The position numbers and the translations under genes are program-made. From the NCBI RefSeq assembly GCF_009914755.1, contig NC_060935.1: 64,000 bases of DNA. One strand, given 5' to 3'. Positions 13,221 through 29,354 of this stretch are shown here, one piece after another (the stretch's first letter is position 1; each line of letters begins with the position of its first letter). The stretch is from the human T2T-CHM13v2.0 reference genome, Homo sapiens. The notes beneath the pieces were generated by a model. That model did not search any database and was not told the DNA's origin. It was given only the letters and a program-made list of their open reading frames with translations.

Positions 13221-14720
13221 CCAGTACAGGCATTTTTGAAAGCAGATAACACTGTGAGCTGTGTTAATTAAAGATAAGCTGCAGGCATATTTTAGCCATT
13301 TATCTTACTACTAAAAGGACAGTAACCAATTCCAAATATAAAAATTGAAACAAAAATTGAAATTGAGAGTTGCAAATTGAGAAAGAGAGGAAAGAGGGGA
13401 GGGAGAAAAAGAGAATACAAAATATATCAAGAATGAGTCTGTAGAAACACAATGAACACCTTCTGCAGAGGGGAGAGAGAGAGGTAGAGAGGGAAGAAGA
13501 GCAGGTGAAGGGAGGGTGAAGGTAAGGAAAAGTATTACAGGTGAGGGAATAGCATGGGCAAAGGTCTAAAGGCAAGATGGAGCCATCACCAGTTCATTCA
13601 TCCTGGCGCTGCAGTTGGTGGTTTGTAGGTTAGTCTTTCCTGGAGACACTAAGTGCCTTGAAGACAGGAATCATGTGTACCCCAAGGGCTAAGCAGAGAC
13701 TAACCACTGCATGCCTCACCCAGCCTTAACTGCGGAGGGAGGAGGTTATTACCATTAAATATCTAGAATCAATTGAACAAATGATTATTGGCCATGCAAG
13801 CCTCTGTGTTCTCAAAGGTTCTACTCTACACTCAAAGCTTGAGAGGAAGGTAGAAAGAGTTGCTCAGTGGGTCCATATTGGCTCTAGTGCCAAGACTGGA
13901 CCTCTGTTTAAGTCATGCGTCACTGAAATCTACCAGTAATAACAGCTAACTATAACTGAGCCCTTACTATATGCAGAAGTCAACTAATCCTCTCAACAGT
14001 TTTGCAGGCTAGGAACAAGTATAATCCCAATTTTACAATGAGAACACTAAGCTAGGGGCTCTCCATCAGATGCCCAAAACCAGGACTGATAGGTGCTAAT
14101 TGAAGGGCTGCCATTCCTCGAGCAGAAAGAATGTTAGAAAGAGCCATTTGACAGCAATCATATCCCCAGGCTCATGGGTGGGGGTGACAGAGAATGGTTG
14201 AACTCTCAGTTTGGGAGCTCAGCTCAGTTCCTGAAATAAATCCCCTCCTTATTTCATCTGCATTAGTTCAATTCAATCATTTTTTTTCTTTTATGTTTCA
14301 ACTTGATTCCAAAAAAGGATTTGAGGAGGCTTAAAATATATAAGTTAACAAAAGATAATAACCTATATTTGGATGAGGAAGTCAGAATAAAGAGGAAAAT
14401 AAAGGGATGGGGAAATCAGATTTTGCCTAAGGCAGTGGGTGCCACGGGCTCATTCATGCTACATAGATGTGGGCTACAGTTGCAGCTCTGAGCTTTCTAT
14501 ACAATGAATTCCCTTTGAAGTCTCAGAAATCTCTTACTGCTTTATAATGCAGGTATAAGCAGAAACAACTTTTCACAGGTAACATGCATCAGAGCTTGAA
14601 GAGCTTTGTCACAGCCTGTTGATATCCAGTTTTCAAATGACCATCAGTCTTAGGGAGGAAGTCTAGAGGTCAATCAGCTTCAGAGCAGCAGAATGTGGGC
14701 ACTTGTTCCATTTCCAGCAA

Positions 14721-14900
14721 ATGGATGGATGGATAAGTAGATGGATGGATGGATGGATGGATAAGTGGATGGATGGATGGATGGATGGATGGAGCAGTGG
14801 GTGGATGGATAAGTGGATGGACAGATGGATGGATGGATGGGGCAGTGGATGGATGGATGGATGGATGGAGGTGGATGAATTGGTGGGTGGGTGGATGGAT
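14721..14900. repeat. Interrupted (GGAT)n microsatellite
   Basis: ATGG tetramer run with GGATAAGTGG and GCAGTGG interruptions. Confidence 0.95.
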
Positions 14901-15002
14901 GCATTCATAAGACCCCAGGCCTACTTGCCTAAATGCCTGTATGCTTAGCACCTCCTCGTCTTTCTCCAGGCTCAGCCCAGCCCCTTCCTGGGTGAGAGGG
15001 AC

Positions 15003-17283
15003 TGTATTAGTCTGTTTTCATGCTGCTGATAAAGACATACCCAAGACTGGGAAGAAAAAGAGGTTTAATTGGACTTACAGTTCCACATGGCTAGGGAAGC
15101 CTCAGCATCATGGTGGAAGGTGAAATGTGCTTCTTACATGGTGGCAGCAAGAGAGAATGAGGAAGAAGCAAAAGCAGAAACCCCTGATAAACCCATCAGA
15201 TCTCGTGAGACTTATTCACTATCATGAGAATAGCATGGGAAAGACTGGCCCCATGATTCAATTACCTCCCCCTGGGTCCCTCCCACAACACGTGGGAATT
15301 CTGGGAGATACATTTCAAGTTGAGATTTTGATGGGGACACAGCCAAACCATATCATTCCACCCCTGGCCCCTTCAAATCTCATGTCCTCACATTTCAAGA
15401 AACTAATCATTCCTTCCCGACAGTCCCCCAAAGTCTTATTTCAGCATTAACCCAACAGTCCACAATCCAACATCTCATCTGAGACAAGGCAAGTCCCTTC
15501 TGCCTATGAGCCTGTAAAATCAAAAGCAAGCTAGTGACTTCCTAGATACAATGGGGGTACAGGTATTGGGTAAATACAGTCATTCCAAATGGGAGAAATT
15601 GGCCAAAATTAAGGGGTTACCCATGCAAGTCCAAAATCCAGTGGGGCAGTCAAATTTTAAAGCTCCAAAATGATCTTTTCTGACTCCAGGTCTCACATCC
15701 AGGTCACTCTGATGCAAGAGGTGGGTTCCCATGGTCTTGGGCAGCTCCACCCCTGTGGCTTTGCAGAGTACAGCCTCCCTCCCAGCTGCTTTCACAGGCT
15801 GACGTTGAGTGTCTGTGGCTTTTCTAGGCACATGCTGCAAGCTGTCAGTCGATCTACCATTCTGGGGTCTGGAGAATGGTGGCCCTCTTCTCACAGCTAC
15901 ACTAGGCAGTGCCCCAGTAAGGACTCTGTGTGGGGGATCCCACCCATATTTTCCTTCTGTACTGCCCTAGCAGAGGTTCTCCATGAGGGCACTGCCCCTG
16001 CAGCAAACTTTTGCCTAGACATCCAGGCATTTCCATACATCTTCTGAAATCTAGACGGATGTTCCCAAACCTCAATTATTGACTTCTATGCACCCACAGG
16101 CTCAACACTACATGGAAGCTGCCAAGGCTTGGAGCTTCCACCCTCTGAAGCCATGGCCCAAGCTCTACATTGGCCCCTTTCAGCCATGGCTGGAGCAGCT
16201 GGAACACAGGGTGCCAAGTCCCTAGGCTGCACACAGCACAGGAACCCTGGGCCTGGCCCATGAGAGCATTTTTTCCTCCTGGGCCTCTGGGCCTGTGATG
16301 GGAGGGCCTGCAGTGAAAGTCTCTGACATGGCCTGGAGACATTTTCCCCATGGTCTTGGGGATTAACATTAGTCTCCTTGCTGCTTATCCAAATTTCTGC
16401 AGCCAGCTTGAATCTCTCCCCAGACAGTGGGTTTTTCTTTTCTATCACATAGTCAGGCTGCAAATTTTCCAAACTTTTATGCTCTGCTTCCCTTATAAAA
16501 AGGAATGCCTTTAACAGTACCCAAGTCACCTCTTGAATGCTTTGCTGCTTAGAAATTTCTTCCGCCAGATACCCTAAATCATCTCTCTCAAGTTCAAAGT
16601 TCCACGAATCTCTAGGGCAGGGGTAAAATGCCACCAGCCTCTTTACTAAAACATAACAAGAGTTGCCTTTACTTCAGTTCCCAACAAGTTCCTCATCTCC
16701 ATCTTAGACCACCTCAGCCTGGACCTTATTGTCCATATGGCTATCAGCATTTTGGGCAAAACCATTCAACAAGTCTCTAGAAGGTTCCAAACTTCCCCAC
16801 ATTTTCCTGTCTTCTGAGACCTCCAAACTGTTTGAACCTCTGCCTGTTACCAAGTTCCAAAGTCGCTTCCACCTTATCAGGTGTCTTTTCAGCAACACCC
16901 CATTCTACTGGTACCAATTTACTGTATTAGTCTGTTTTCACATTGCTGATAAAGACATACCTGAAACTGGGAAGAAAAAGAGGTTTAATTGGACTTATAG
17001 TTCCATATGGGTGGGGAGGCCTCAGAATCATCCCGGAAGGCAAAAGGTGCTTCTTAAATGGCAGTGGCAAGAGAGAATGAGGAAGAAGCAAAAGCAGAAA
17101 CCCCTGATAAACCCATCAGATCTCGTGAGCCTTATTCACTGTCACAAGAAGAGCATGGGAAAGACCGGCCCCCATGATTTCAATTACCCCGCCCCCGCCG
17201 TGGGTCTCTCCCACAACACTTGGGAATTCTGGGAGATGCAATTCAAGTGGAGATTTTGGTGGGGACACAGCCAAATCACACCA
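15003..17283 (-). mobile_element. Complete THE1 (THE1A-like) MaLR provirus: LTR-internal-LTR
   Basis: LTRs at 15003-15355 (3') and 16923-17283 (5'); about 1.57 kb THE1 internal region; polypurine tract adjacent to 15356; 5-bp TSD GGGAC at 14998-15002 and 17284-17288. Confidence 0.95.
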
Positions 17284-17734
17284 GGGACCCAGCTGGCAAA
17301 TTTCCACAACTGACTAGGGTCTACCCTGTGTTTGAGCTGAGGATATGGAGGGGATGTGAGGCGTTAGGGAAAAAAAAATCATGTTTTTGTCTTGCTTTTA
17401 TTATCATTCTAAATATGCTTTCCTGTTTCCTTTCCCTACCACCACCACTGCATCAGGCAGGCCTTGGGTATGGACAGATCTCCCAGGAGGGGCTGTCCTT
17501 GGCACCCCAGGCTGGAAAGGTCCTGTGTTTGCTAGGTGGTTGAGGAAGCAGCCATCTCATGCCCTAATCAGACTGTTGAAATGATGTCTTGATGATGTTG
17601 GAGGGGGTCTGAGCTGTTTGGGGGATCTGAACTTGGCTTCTATGGCCAATCCTCTCCAGGACTTGCAGGGGTTGCTACAACTCTCCCAACCTAGGTTTCA
17701 CTGAGTCTAAAACAACTTTTCATCGTGGGCAAGA

Positions 17735-17930
17735 ACCAAGCGGCCAGAGTTGGAATCCGCTTTTAACTAGCTATATGACCTTCGGCAAGTTAGTTTACCT
17801 GTCTGTGCCCCAGTTTCATCCATAATAATGTTACTTAGCTCAAAGGTTTCAAGGAGGATTATATGACATAATTCATGTGAAGTGCTTACTACAATGCCTA
17901 ACCAATTGTAAGCAACTCAGTAAATGTAAA
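17735..17930 (+). mobile_element. MIR SINE
   Basis: ACTAGCTATATGACCTTCGGCAAGTTAGTTTACCTGTCTGTGCCCCAGTTTC. Confidence 0.8.
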
Positions 17931-18454
17931 ATGGATAAAACCTAAATTGCCTCATCTACCTCACAGGTTTGCTGTAAAATGCATGTGAGTTATTTATTCA
18001 TGCAATAAATAATTTTTTAGCACTTTCTATATGCCCAACCTGATAATAGGGCTGAAGGGTGAGCTTCCTTCCTTCAGGGCCCCTTTCATGAAAAAGCTTT
18101 CAGAACTGCAGGGTGCTGTACAGATAAAGAGGGTTGTGGTCTTACCCTTGGTGGAGTCTCTGGTGCAGAAGGCCTTAAAACAAGGCTGGCAGCACAACTT
18201 TCTTAAAATGAAGTTGATGTGGAAGCCCAGTCGATAAAGCAAATAAAATCTGGTGGGGGTTGAAGAGGAGATGAGGCAGGGGGCTGGGTCCTGCTGGCTG
18301 TGTTCTTCTCCACTCCAGCCTAGTTCCGCGAGACACCTCCTGGAAACCCCTTGGCTGCTCAGGACAGAGATAAAATCCTCAGATGCAGTGGTAGCGTGTG
18401 CCTTTCTTTTGGCTCCACCCCACCCTTTCTCCCTTTCTCTCTCTCTCTCTCTTT

Positions 18455-18676
18455 AATTAATAAATTTTATTGTATAGAGTAGTTTTAGGTTTACAGCAAA
18501 ATTGAGCAGAAGTACAGAGAATTCCCATGTAGCCCCTGGCCCTGCACATATAGCATCCTCTGCTATCAATATCGCACCAGTGTGTGGTGCAGTTGTTACA
18601 CTCAATGAACCTACATTGACATATCATGGTTATCACCCAATGTCCATAGTTCACATTAGGGATCACTCTTGGTGTC
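18455..18676 (-). mobile_element. L1MC-like 3' UTR fragment
   Basis: AGTTTTAGGTTTACAGCAAAATTGAGCAGAAGTACAGAGAATTCCCA..GAACCTACATTGACA. Confidence 0.8.
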
Positions 18677-19309
18677 CTGCTGTCTTTTCAACACACACAT
18701 CTGGCCACTGGAGGACAGAGGGACCCAGCTCTATGGGCCAGTGGCATAGGTCATGCTGGTGGAGGCGTTTTCTCTGTAGCTGTGGTTTTCCTGTTCTGCT
18801 CAGGGCCTCTGTCAGGAATTTCCCCTAGAACTCTATAGAGTGAATGGTCATGCCCTCCAGGTCACCGTAAGGATTATGATGAGGACTTCCTTTCTTTAAT
18901 CCCTATGTGCCTTCTGTTTTCTGGATCTTTTCCTTAAAGACCTCTCTAGCCACCATAAACTTTCATTTTTACTACCCAACATGGTACTCTTCTTTGTGAC
19001 TTCTGTCCCACCCCCAGTGCTATTACTTCATGCTCAAAATTATGCCCAAGAGAGGGGTCATGATGGAGTCAACAGATGGCTGCCTGCCCCAAACTGAAGG
19101 AAGCTCAGAATGGGTACTTTATACCTATTGCCTGAGAGTCTGGGCTCACTAGTGCCTACTCACCTACTCAGGCTGACTTCCAACAATAACAAATATGTAT
19201 ATTAAATATACAGATGTATATATAATATACTAAAATATGTAAAAATATACTGTATATATCATACATATGATATATATATAATGACCAGAGTTTTTCACAC
19301 TTAAATGGA

Positions 19310-19516
19310 TTTATGTTCATATTCAAACTCCTCTATTTACTAATGGTTTGACTTAAAACTTGCTGAACTCCTCTGAGCCTCTATTTCCTTATTTGTAAAA
19401 TGGGGATAATAATAGTATGTCCTCATATGGTTGTTGTAAAAGCCAAGTAAGTTATACGTAATGTCTTAGGCAATGTCTAACAGAGTGCCTCACCACTGTT
19501 TTGCGTTTATTATTGT
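19310..19516 (+). mobile_element. MIR SINE
   Basis: CTCTGAGCCTCTATTTCCTTATTTGTAAAATGGGGATAATAATAGTA. Confidence 0.8.
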
Positions 19517-19684
19517 TACTAAAAATGCATTTCGTATATGTATATATACATATACACCCATATACACATATATAAAATGCATTTTTAGTAACAATAATAA
19601 ATGCAAAACAGTGGCTAGGCACTCAGTGCTAGACATTCATTATATACATATACACATATATGAAATGCATTTTTAGTAATAATA
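19472..19684. repeat. Long inverted repeat (about 75-bp arms, 14-nt loop) plus a third direct partial copy
   Basis: Arm 19472-19546 pairs with 19561-19637; 19641-19684 repeats the inner part of the right arm. Confidence 0.9.
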
Positions 19685-20341
19685 TTTCTGAGCCATAATG
19701 AATCAGCTCTAAAAGGGGAAGCATTGAAGATGGCGATGAAATGATTCATGTCCCCTTATTACCAGAGGAATTGTGAGCTTAATCGTAGCAGCCTCCATTT
19801 ATTGAGAGCGTGTGATGTGCTAGCACCCTGCTCCTGCTTCAAATTCTCATTACACTGAATCTTAGCAAAGCAACCACGTAGGGTAGGCTTGTTTTATTTT
19901 TCAGAAAACTGAAGCAGTAAGCCCATCAGCTCCGTCTGAGTCCACTGTTGGGGGGATCCTGACCTGTAGCCAGCCCCTACCCCTAACCCTGTAAGCAGAG
20001 CGCTGCCTCCCCATCATCATGCTCTCAGAGCTGTTTGTTTTCATGATGTCCACTTTATCTGACAGCCCACACACAGCCACACAGCTCAGGGGCATTGCTC
20101 CAGGGTGCAGAATTTTTACAAGCAGCACACAGTGGAAACATTCACGGGGTTTTTTTTTTCTTTCCTTTTTTCCAAAATAGAGCCCCGTAGACTGTATGAA
20201 TGTGTATTCACATTTAGGCCTACATGTCCTTCTTGGAGTCCAGAAGTCCAGGGCACACCATGCTGAGTATTTCTGTGTTTGTAATTTAATGTGGGCCCAC
20301 CTCTCATTATCAGTGTTCAGAGATAACCATTTTTGCTTCTG

Positions 20342-20343
<2 letters not shown>

Positions 20344-20387
<44 letters not shown>
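20344..20387. repeat. (TG)18 followed by CGCGCGTG; alternating purine-pyrimidine tract
   Basis: Direct reading. Confidence 0.95.
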
Positions 20388-20879
20388 ATCTGTGGCTCTC
20401 TGGGCTGGCCTCCCCTATGTGTGTGTATTGCAGCCTGTTTGTAAGCCTGGGTATATGCCCGCCTTTCTCCCAAGGGTGTCCATAGACACACATAAACTAT
20501 CCTTCACTTCTGTTGTTGAGACTCTCCTAGGACACTTTGCTCCCGCGGAGCAGGGAGAGTTGGGAGAGGGAATGTTTAGTCTGGAAGGCAGTCAGGCAGG
20601 CAGCTGGAGACTCCCTGTGGAGCACCCAGGCTGGCGAGCTGGCCCCCAGGGTTGCTCCACGTGCCCTGATGATGGGGAGGACAGGGCTGTCCTGCATGCC
20701 CTGAGACCAAGGAGCACAATGCTTCTGCTTGGGTGACACTAGGCCTAGGATGGCTCCTCTGGCATAAGTGGTGAGAGGGCTCTCAGCAAACCCCAGCCCT
20801 ATCAAGATGGGTTCCTTTTTCCTTTTCCTGGTTCTTTTCAGTCCTCAGAATAGGTTTTTATGCTGAATTGAGGCTGCGG

Positions 20880-21100
20880 GGTTAGCATAGAGATGTAGAA
20901 AGAGCATGAGGCTTTGGTGTCAGGCAGACCTAAGATAGAATTCTGCCTTTGCCATGTACTCATCATTTAATACTAAGACAGGGAAAATTACTTACCCTCT
21001 GAGCCGCAGTCTCCTCATCTATAACATGGATCTCATAACGTTACATTGCAGGCTCATTTGGGGGCCTAAATGATAAAATCTGTGTCAAGTACCTAGCTTG
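20880..21100 (+). mobile_element. MIR SINE
   Basis: GGCTTTGGTGTCAGGCAGACCT..CTCTGAGCCGCAGTCTCCTCATCTATAA. Confidence 0.8.
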
Positions 21101-21489
21101 TTCTCTCCTTTTTTCCCCTATTTTCTCCCTAGAAGTCTAGGTAATACAGATTTCTGACTGGAGCAGCAGGGCAACACCACATGTTTCTTTTCTTTCTAGG
21201 AAAAGGGCTATTTATTTCTGATGACCTAGTTGAGAGGCAGCAGGGTCAGGGAAAGGATGTATCTTTGAAAATGGTTTCTTTTAGCTTCCTATAACTTGAG
21301 GGTAATTTCTCATGCCCTAGTTAGGTGGGTGTTAGGAGGACATCTTAGGAGGATGTTGGCAGCTGGAGTAGGGGTAGGTTGGAATTCTGCAGAAAGCATA
21401 CACCTTCCTTCCCAACAGGTTTATAAGCCAGTAATCAGCCCTCTGTGGGTATATCAGCTATTAACTGTCTGGTAATGGGGGGATAACAG

Positions 21490-22246
21490 GCTGCTTGCTG
21501 CTCTGCTTTGAGGATTCTGTACTAAAGAGGACAGACACAGGCCTGCCTTCAAGGGACTTCCACTCTCATGGAGAGAGACACATGAATCAAGAAAATCCAC
21601 ATTAGCTAATTTCCAGGCAGTAAGTGCTATGAAGAAGATTAAATATGGTAGGTGTGATAAGAAGTGCATGGTAAAGTGTGAGGGTACCACTTAGGTAAGG
21701 TGGTCCCAGGAATGGCCTCCCTGAGGAGACAGTTTTGGTTGAAACCTGAATGAAAAGAAGCAGTACAACAATGATCTGGGAGGGAGGACTTTTCACCTTC
21801 TCCTACCCCTGCATTCAGATTACAAATCCATGTCCTTATGGTGGCTAAGTCCCTACACAATCTGACTTCCTCTCCTATCACTCCCCTCAGGCCATGCTGC
21901 TCCAGTCACAATGGCACACACCCACTTCAGGGCCTTTGCACTTGCCACTTGCAGAACCCAGAACCCTCTTCCTACAGATATCCCCATGACTCACTCACTC
22001 TCTCCTTCAAGACTTGCCTAAAACTCCCCCATGGGCTCTGGATTCTCCATTACTTTATGCTATTTTTCCCTTAGTCATCATCTTCTCACATACTCCGTAA
22101 TTTACTTACCTACTGTTTGTTGTCTTTCATTCCTCCCTAGACTATAAGACCCATAAGGCAGATATTTTTGTCTGATTTTATTCTTTGATGTAAATAAATA
22201 CCTAGAATGGTGCCTCAAACATAGTAGGTCCTTAAATATTTGTTGC
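21490..22246. mobile_element. L2 fragments: minus (about 21490-21790) and plus 3' end (about 21805-22246)
   Basis: CAGGGCCTTTGCACTTGC motif and terminal CCTAGAATGGTGCC..CATAGTAGGTCCTTAAATATTTGTTG. Confidence 0.8.
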
Positions 22247-22578
22247 ATGGATGGATGGATGGATAGATGGATGGATGGATGGATTGCTGGCTGGCTGGCT
22301 GGGTGGCTGGATGGATCAATGGATGGATTGCTGGCTGGATGGATTGCTGGATGGATAGATGAACAGACGGATGGATGGATTGCTTGATGGATTGCTGGAT
22401 GGATGGATGGATGGATGGATGGATGGATGGATGGATGGATGAATGAATAGATGGATGGATGGATGGATGGATGGATGGACGGATGGGTGGATGGATGGAT
22501 AGGTAGCTGAATGGCTAGATGGCTGTCTGGATAGATGGATGGATGGATGGATGGATGGATGGATGGATGGATGGATGG
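22247..22578. repeat. (GGAT)n microsatellite, about 330 bp
   Basis: ATGG tetramers with GGCT/GATT interruptions, directly abutting the L2 3' end. Confidence 0.95.
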
Positions 22579-23416
22579 GTCCCTGGTGACTCAAGGCTCA
22601 TCCTTGTCATCAGGAGAAGCAATGGGAACAGTCTGAGTCTCTACCATGGGCCTAGCCCTGTGCTAAGCTGTGGTGGTGGGGAGCCATAGATTTGACATGC
22701 AGATGGGGCCAGACAAAGAAAAATCAGCTGAAAAATCTAGAGTCAGGTTGGGGACGTGAGGGCTCTGAGGGGAGATATATGGGTGCTTCTAAGAACCATA
22801 GGAAATCTAAGAAGGAAAGATTGGGGAGGGGGTACAGGGAAAGAGATAAGTGGAGTAAGAAGGAAGATGGCCTCTCTGGGACCCAGAGAAGAGAGACCCA
22901 CTTTGGCTAGAGCTAAGGGGCAGGGATGGCAGGAAAGAGTAAACCTCCCCCCATCCCCTGACATCTGCCCACATTCTTATAACAAGCTCTCAAGTGTCCA
23001 TCCACAAAAGCACATAGGCATTTCCACATACCTGAGTTCATATCCTGCTTCTGCCTCTTACTCACTGTGTGTTCTTAGGCAAATTACTTAACATCTCTGT
23101 GGCCTGCCTCTGATCCTAGGCTAAATATTCTTTACCTCACAGGAATATTGTAGGGCTCAAATGTGATCATTTAATTTTTTTGTGTTTTTCAAAATTTTGT
23201 TTGTTCTTTTTTTTTATACTTTAAGTTCTAGGGTACTTGTGCACACTGTGCAGGTTTGTTACATATGTATACATGTGCCATGTTGGTGTGCTGCACCCAT
23301 TAACTTGTCATTTCCATTAGGTATATCTCCTAATGCTATCCCTCCCCACTCCCCCCACCCCATGACAGGCCCTGGTGTGTGGTGTTCCCCACCCTGTGTC
23401 CAAGTGTTCTCATTGT

Positions 23417-27245
<3,829 letters not shown>

Positions 27246-27308
27246 TATGATGTTAGCTGAGTATTTTGCTCGTTAGTTGATGCAGTTTCTTCCTAGCATC
27301 GATGGTCT

Positions 27309-28328
27309 TTACAATTTGGCATGTTTTTGCAGTGGTGGGTACCGGTTGTTCCTTTCCATGTTTAGTGCTTCCTTCAGGAGCTCTTGTAAGACAGGCCTGG
27401 TGGTGACAAAATCTCTCAGCATTTGCTTGTCTGTAAAGGATTTTATTTCTCCTTCACTTATGAAGCTTAGTTTGGCTGGATATGAAATTCTGGGTTGAAA
27501 ACTCTTTTCTTTAAGAATATTGAATATTGGCCCCCACTCTCTTCTAGCTTATAGAGTTTCTGCTGAGAGATTCACTGTTAGTCTGATGGGCTTCCCTTTG
27601 TGGGCAATCTGACCTTTCTTTCTGGCTGCCCTTAACATTTTTTCCTTCATTTCAACTTTGGTGAATCTGACAATTATGTGTCTTGGAGTTGCTCTTCTAG
27701 AGGAGTATCTTTGTGGCATTCTCTGTATTTCCTGAATTTGAATGTTGGCCTGCCTTGCTAGGTTGAGGAAGTTCTGCTGGATAATATCCTGCAGAGTGTT
27801 TTCCAACTTGGTTCCATTCTCCCCGTCACTTTCAGGTACACCAATCAGACGTAGATTTGGTCTTTTCACATAGTCCCATATTTCTTGGAGGCTTTGTTCC
27901 CTTCTTTTTACTCTTTTTTCTCTAAACTTCTCTTCTCACTTCATTTCATTCATTTGATCTTTAATCACTGATACCCTTTCTTCCAGTTGATCGAATCCGC
28001 TACTGAAGCTTGTGCATTTGTCACATAGTTCTCATGCCATGGTTTTCAGCTCCATCAGGTCATTTGAGGTCTTCTCTACACTGGTTATTCCAGTTAGCCA
28101 TTCGTCTAATCTTTTTTCAAGGTTTTTAGCTTCTTTGCGATGGGTTCGAACATCCTCCTTTAGCTTGGAGAAATTTGATTGTCTGAAACCTTCTTCTCTC
28201 AACTCGTCAAAGTCATTCTCTGTCCAGCTTTATTCCATTGCTGGTGAGGAGCTGTGTTATTCCTTTGGAGGAGAAGAGGAGCTCTGATGTTTAGAATTTT
28301 CAGCTTTTCTGCTCTGGTTTCTCCCCAT
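27309..28328 (-). pseudogene. L1 ORF1p, disrupted
   Basis: ATG at 28328-28326, stop at 27311-27309; fragment KRPNLRLIGVPESDGENG..RATPRHIIVRF; not one continuous ORF in the track. Confidence 0.88.
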
Positions 28329-28890
28329 CTTTGTGGTTTTATCTACCTTTGGTCTTTGATGATGGTGATGTACAGATGGGGTTTTGGTGTGGATGTCCTT
28401 TCTGTTTGTTAGTTTTCCTTCTAACAGTCAGGACCCTCAGCTGCAGGTCTGTTGGAATTTGCTGGAGGTCCACTCCAGACCCTCTTTGCCTGAGTATCAC
28501 CAGCGGAGGCTGCAGAACAGCGAATATTGCAGAATAACAAATGTTGCTGCCTGATTGTTCCTCTGGAAGCTTCATCTCAGAGGGGCACCTGGCCGTGTGA
28601 GGTGTCAGTCGGACCCTACTGCGAGGTGCCTCCCAGTTAGGCTACTCGGGGGTCAGGGGCCCACTGAGGAGGCAGTCTGTCCGTTCTCAGATTTCAAACT
28701 CCATGCTGGGAGTACCACTACTCTCTTCAAAGCTGTCAGACAGGGACATTTAAGTCTGCAGAAGTTTCTGCTGCCTTTTTTTCAGCTATGCCCTGCCCCC
28801 AGAGGTGGAGTCTACAGAGGCAGGCAGGCCTCCTCGAGCTGCTCAGTTCGAGCTTCCTGGCCACTTTGTTTACCTACTCAAGCCTCAGCA

Positions 28891-29110
28891 ATGGCGGGTG
28901 CCCCTCCCCCAGCCTCGCTACTGCCTTGCAGTTCGATCTCAGACTGCTCTGCTAGCAGTGAGTGAGGCTGTGTGGGCATGGGACCCTCTGAGCCAGGAGT
29001 GGGATATAATCTCCTGGTGTGCCGTTTGCTGAGACTGTTGGAAAAGCACTGTATTAGGGTGGGAGTGACCCAATTTTCCTGGTGCCATCTGTCACAGCTT
29101 CCCTTGGCTA
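28891..29110 (+). pseudogene. L1 antisense-promoter ORF0 remnant with premature stop
   Basis: MAGAPPPASLLPCSSISDCSASSE* from 28891, continuing in frame as ..GPSEPGVGYNLLVCR.. Confidence 0.8.
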
Positions 29111-29354
29111 GGAAAGGGAATTCCATGACCCCTTGTGCTTCCTGGGTGAGGCGATTCCTCGCCCTGCTTCGGCTCACGCTTGGTGAGCTGCACCCACTGT
29201 CCTGCACCCACTGTCTGACAAGCCCCAGTGAGATGAACCCGGTACCTCAGTTGGAAATGCAGAAATCACCAGTCTTCTGCATCACTCATGCTGGGAGCTG
29301 TAGACTGGAGCTCTACCTATTCGGCCATCTTGGAACCAGATCTTTCAAAATATT

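Noticed and set aside
14270-14500. Possible ancient LINE (L4/RTE-X-like) remnant
   Set aside because: Resemblance limited to two short motifs; cannot be supported without an HMM search
14663-14951. IHPS/MDGW-repeat ORFs (also 22316-22594)
   Set aside because: Translations of (GGAT)n microsatellites
15127-17313. ORFs of 100-194 aa within the THE1 element
   Set aside because: Decayed MaLR internal/LTR reading frames on both strands; no intact long ORF
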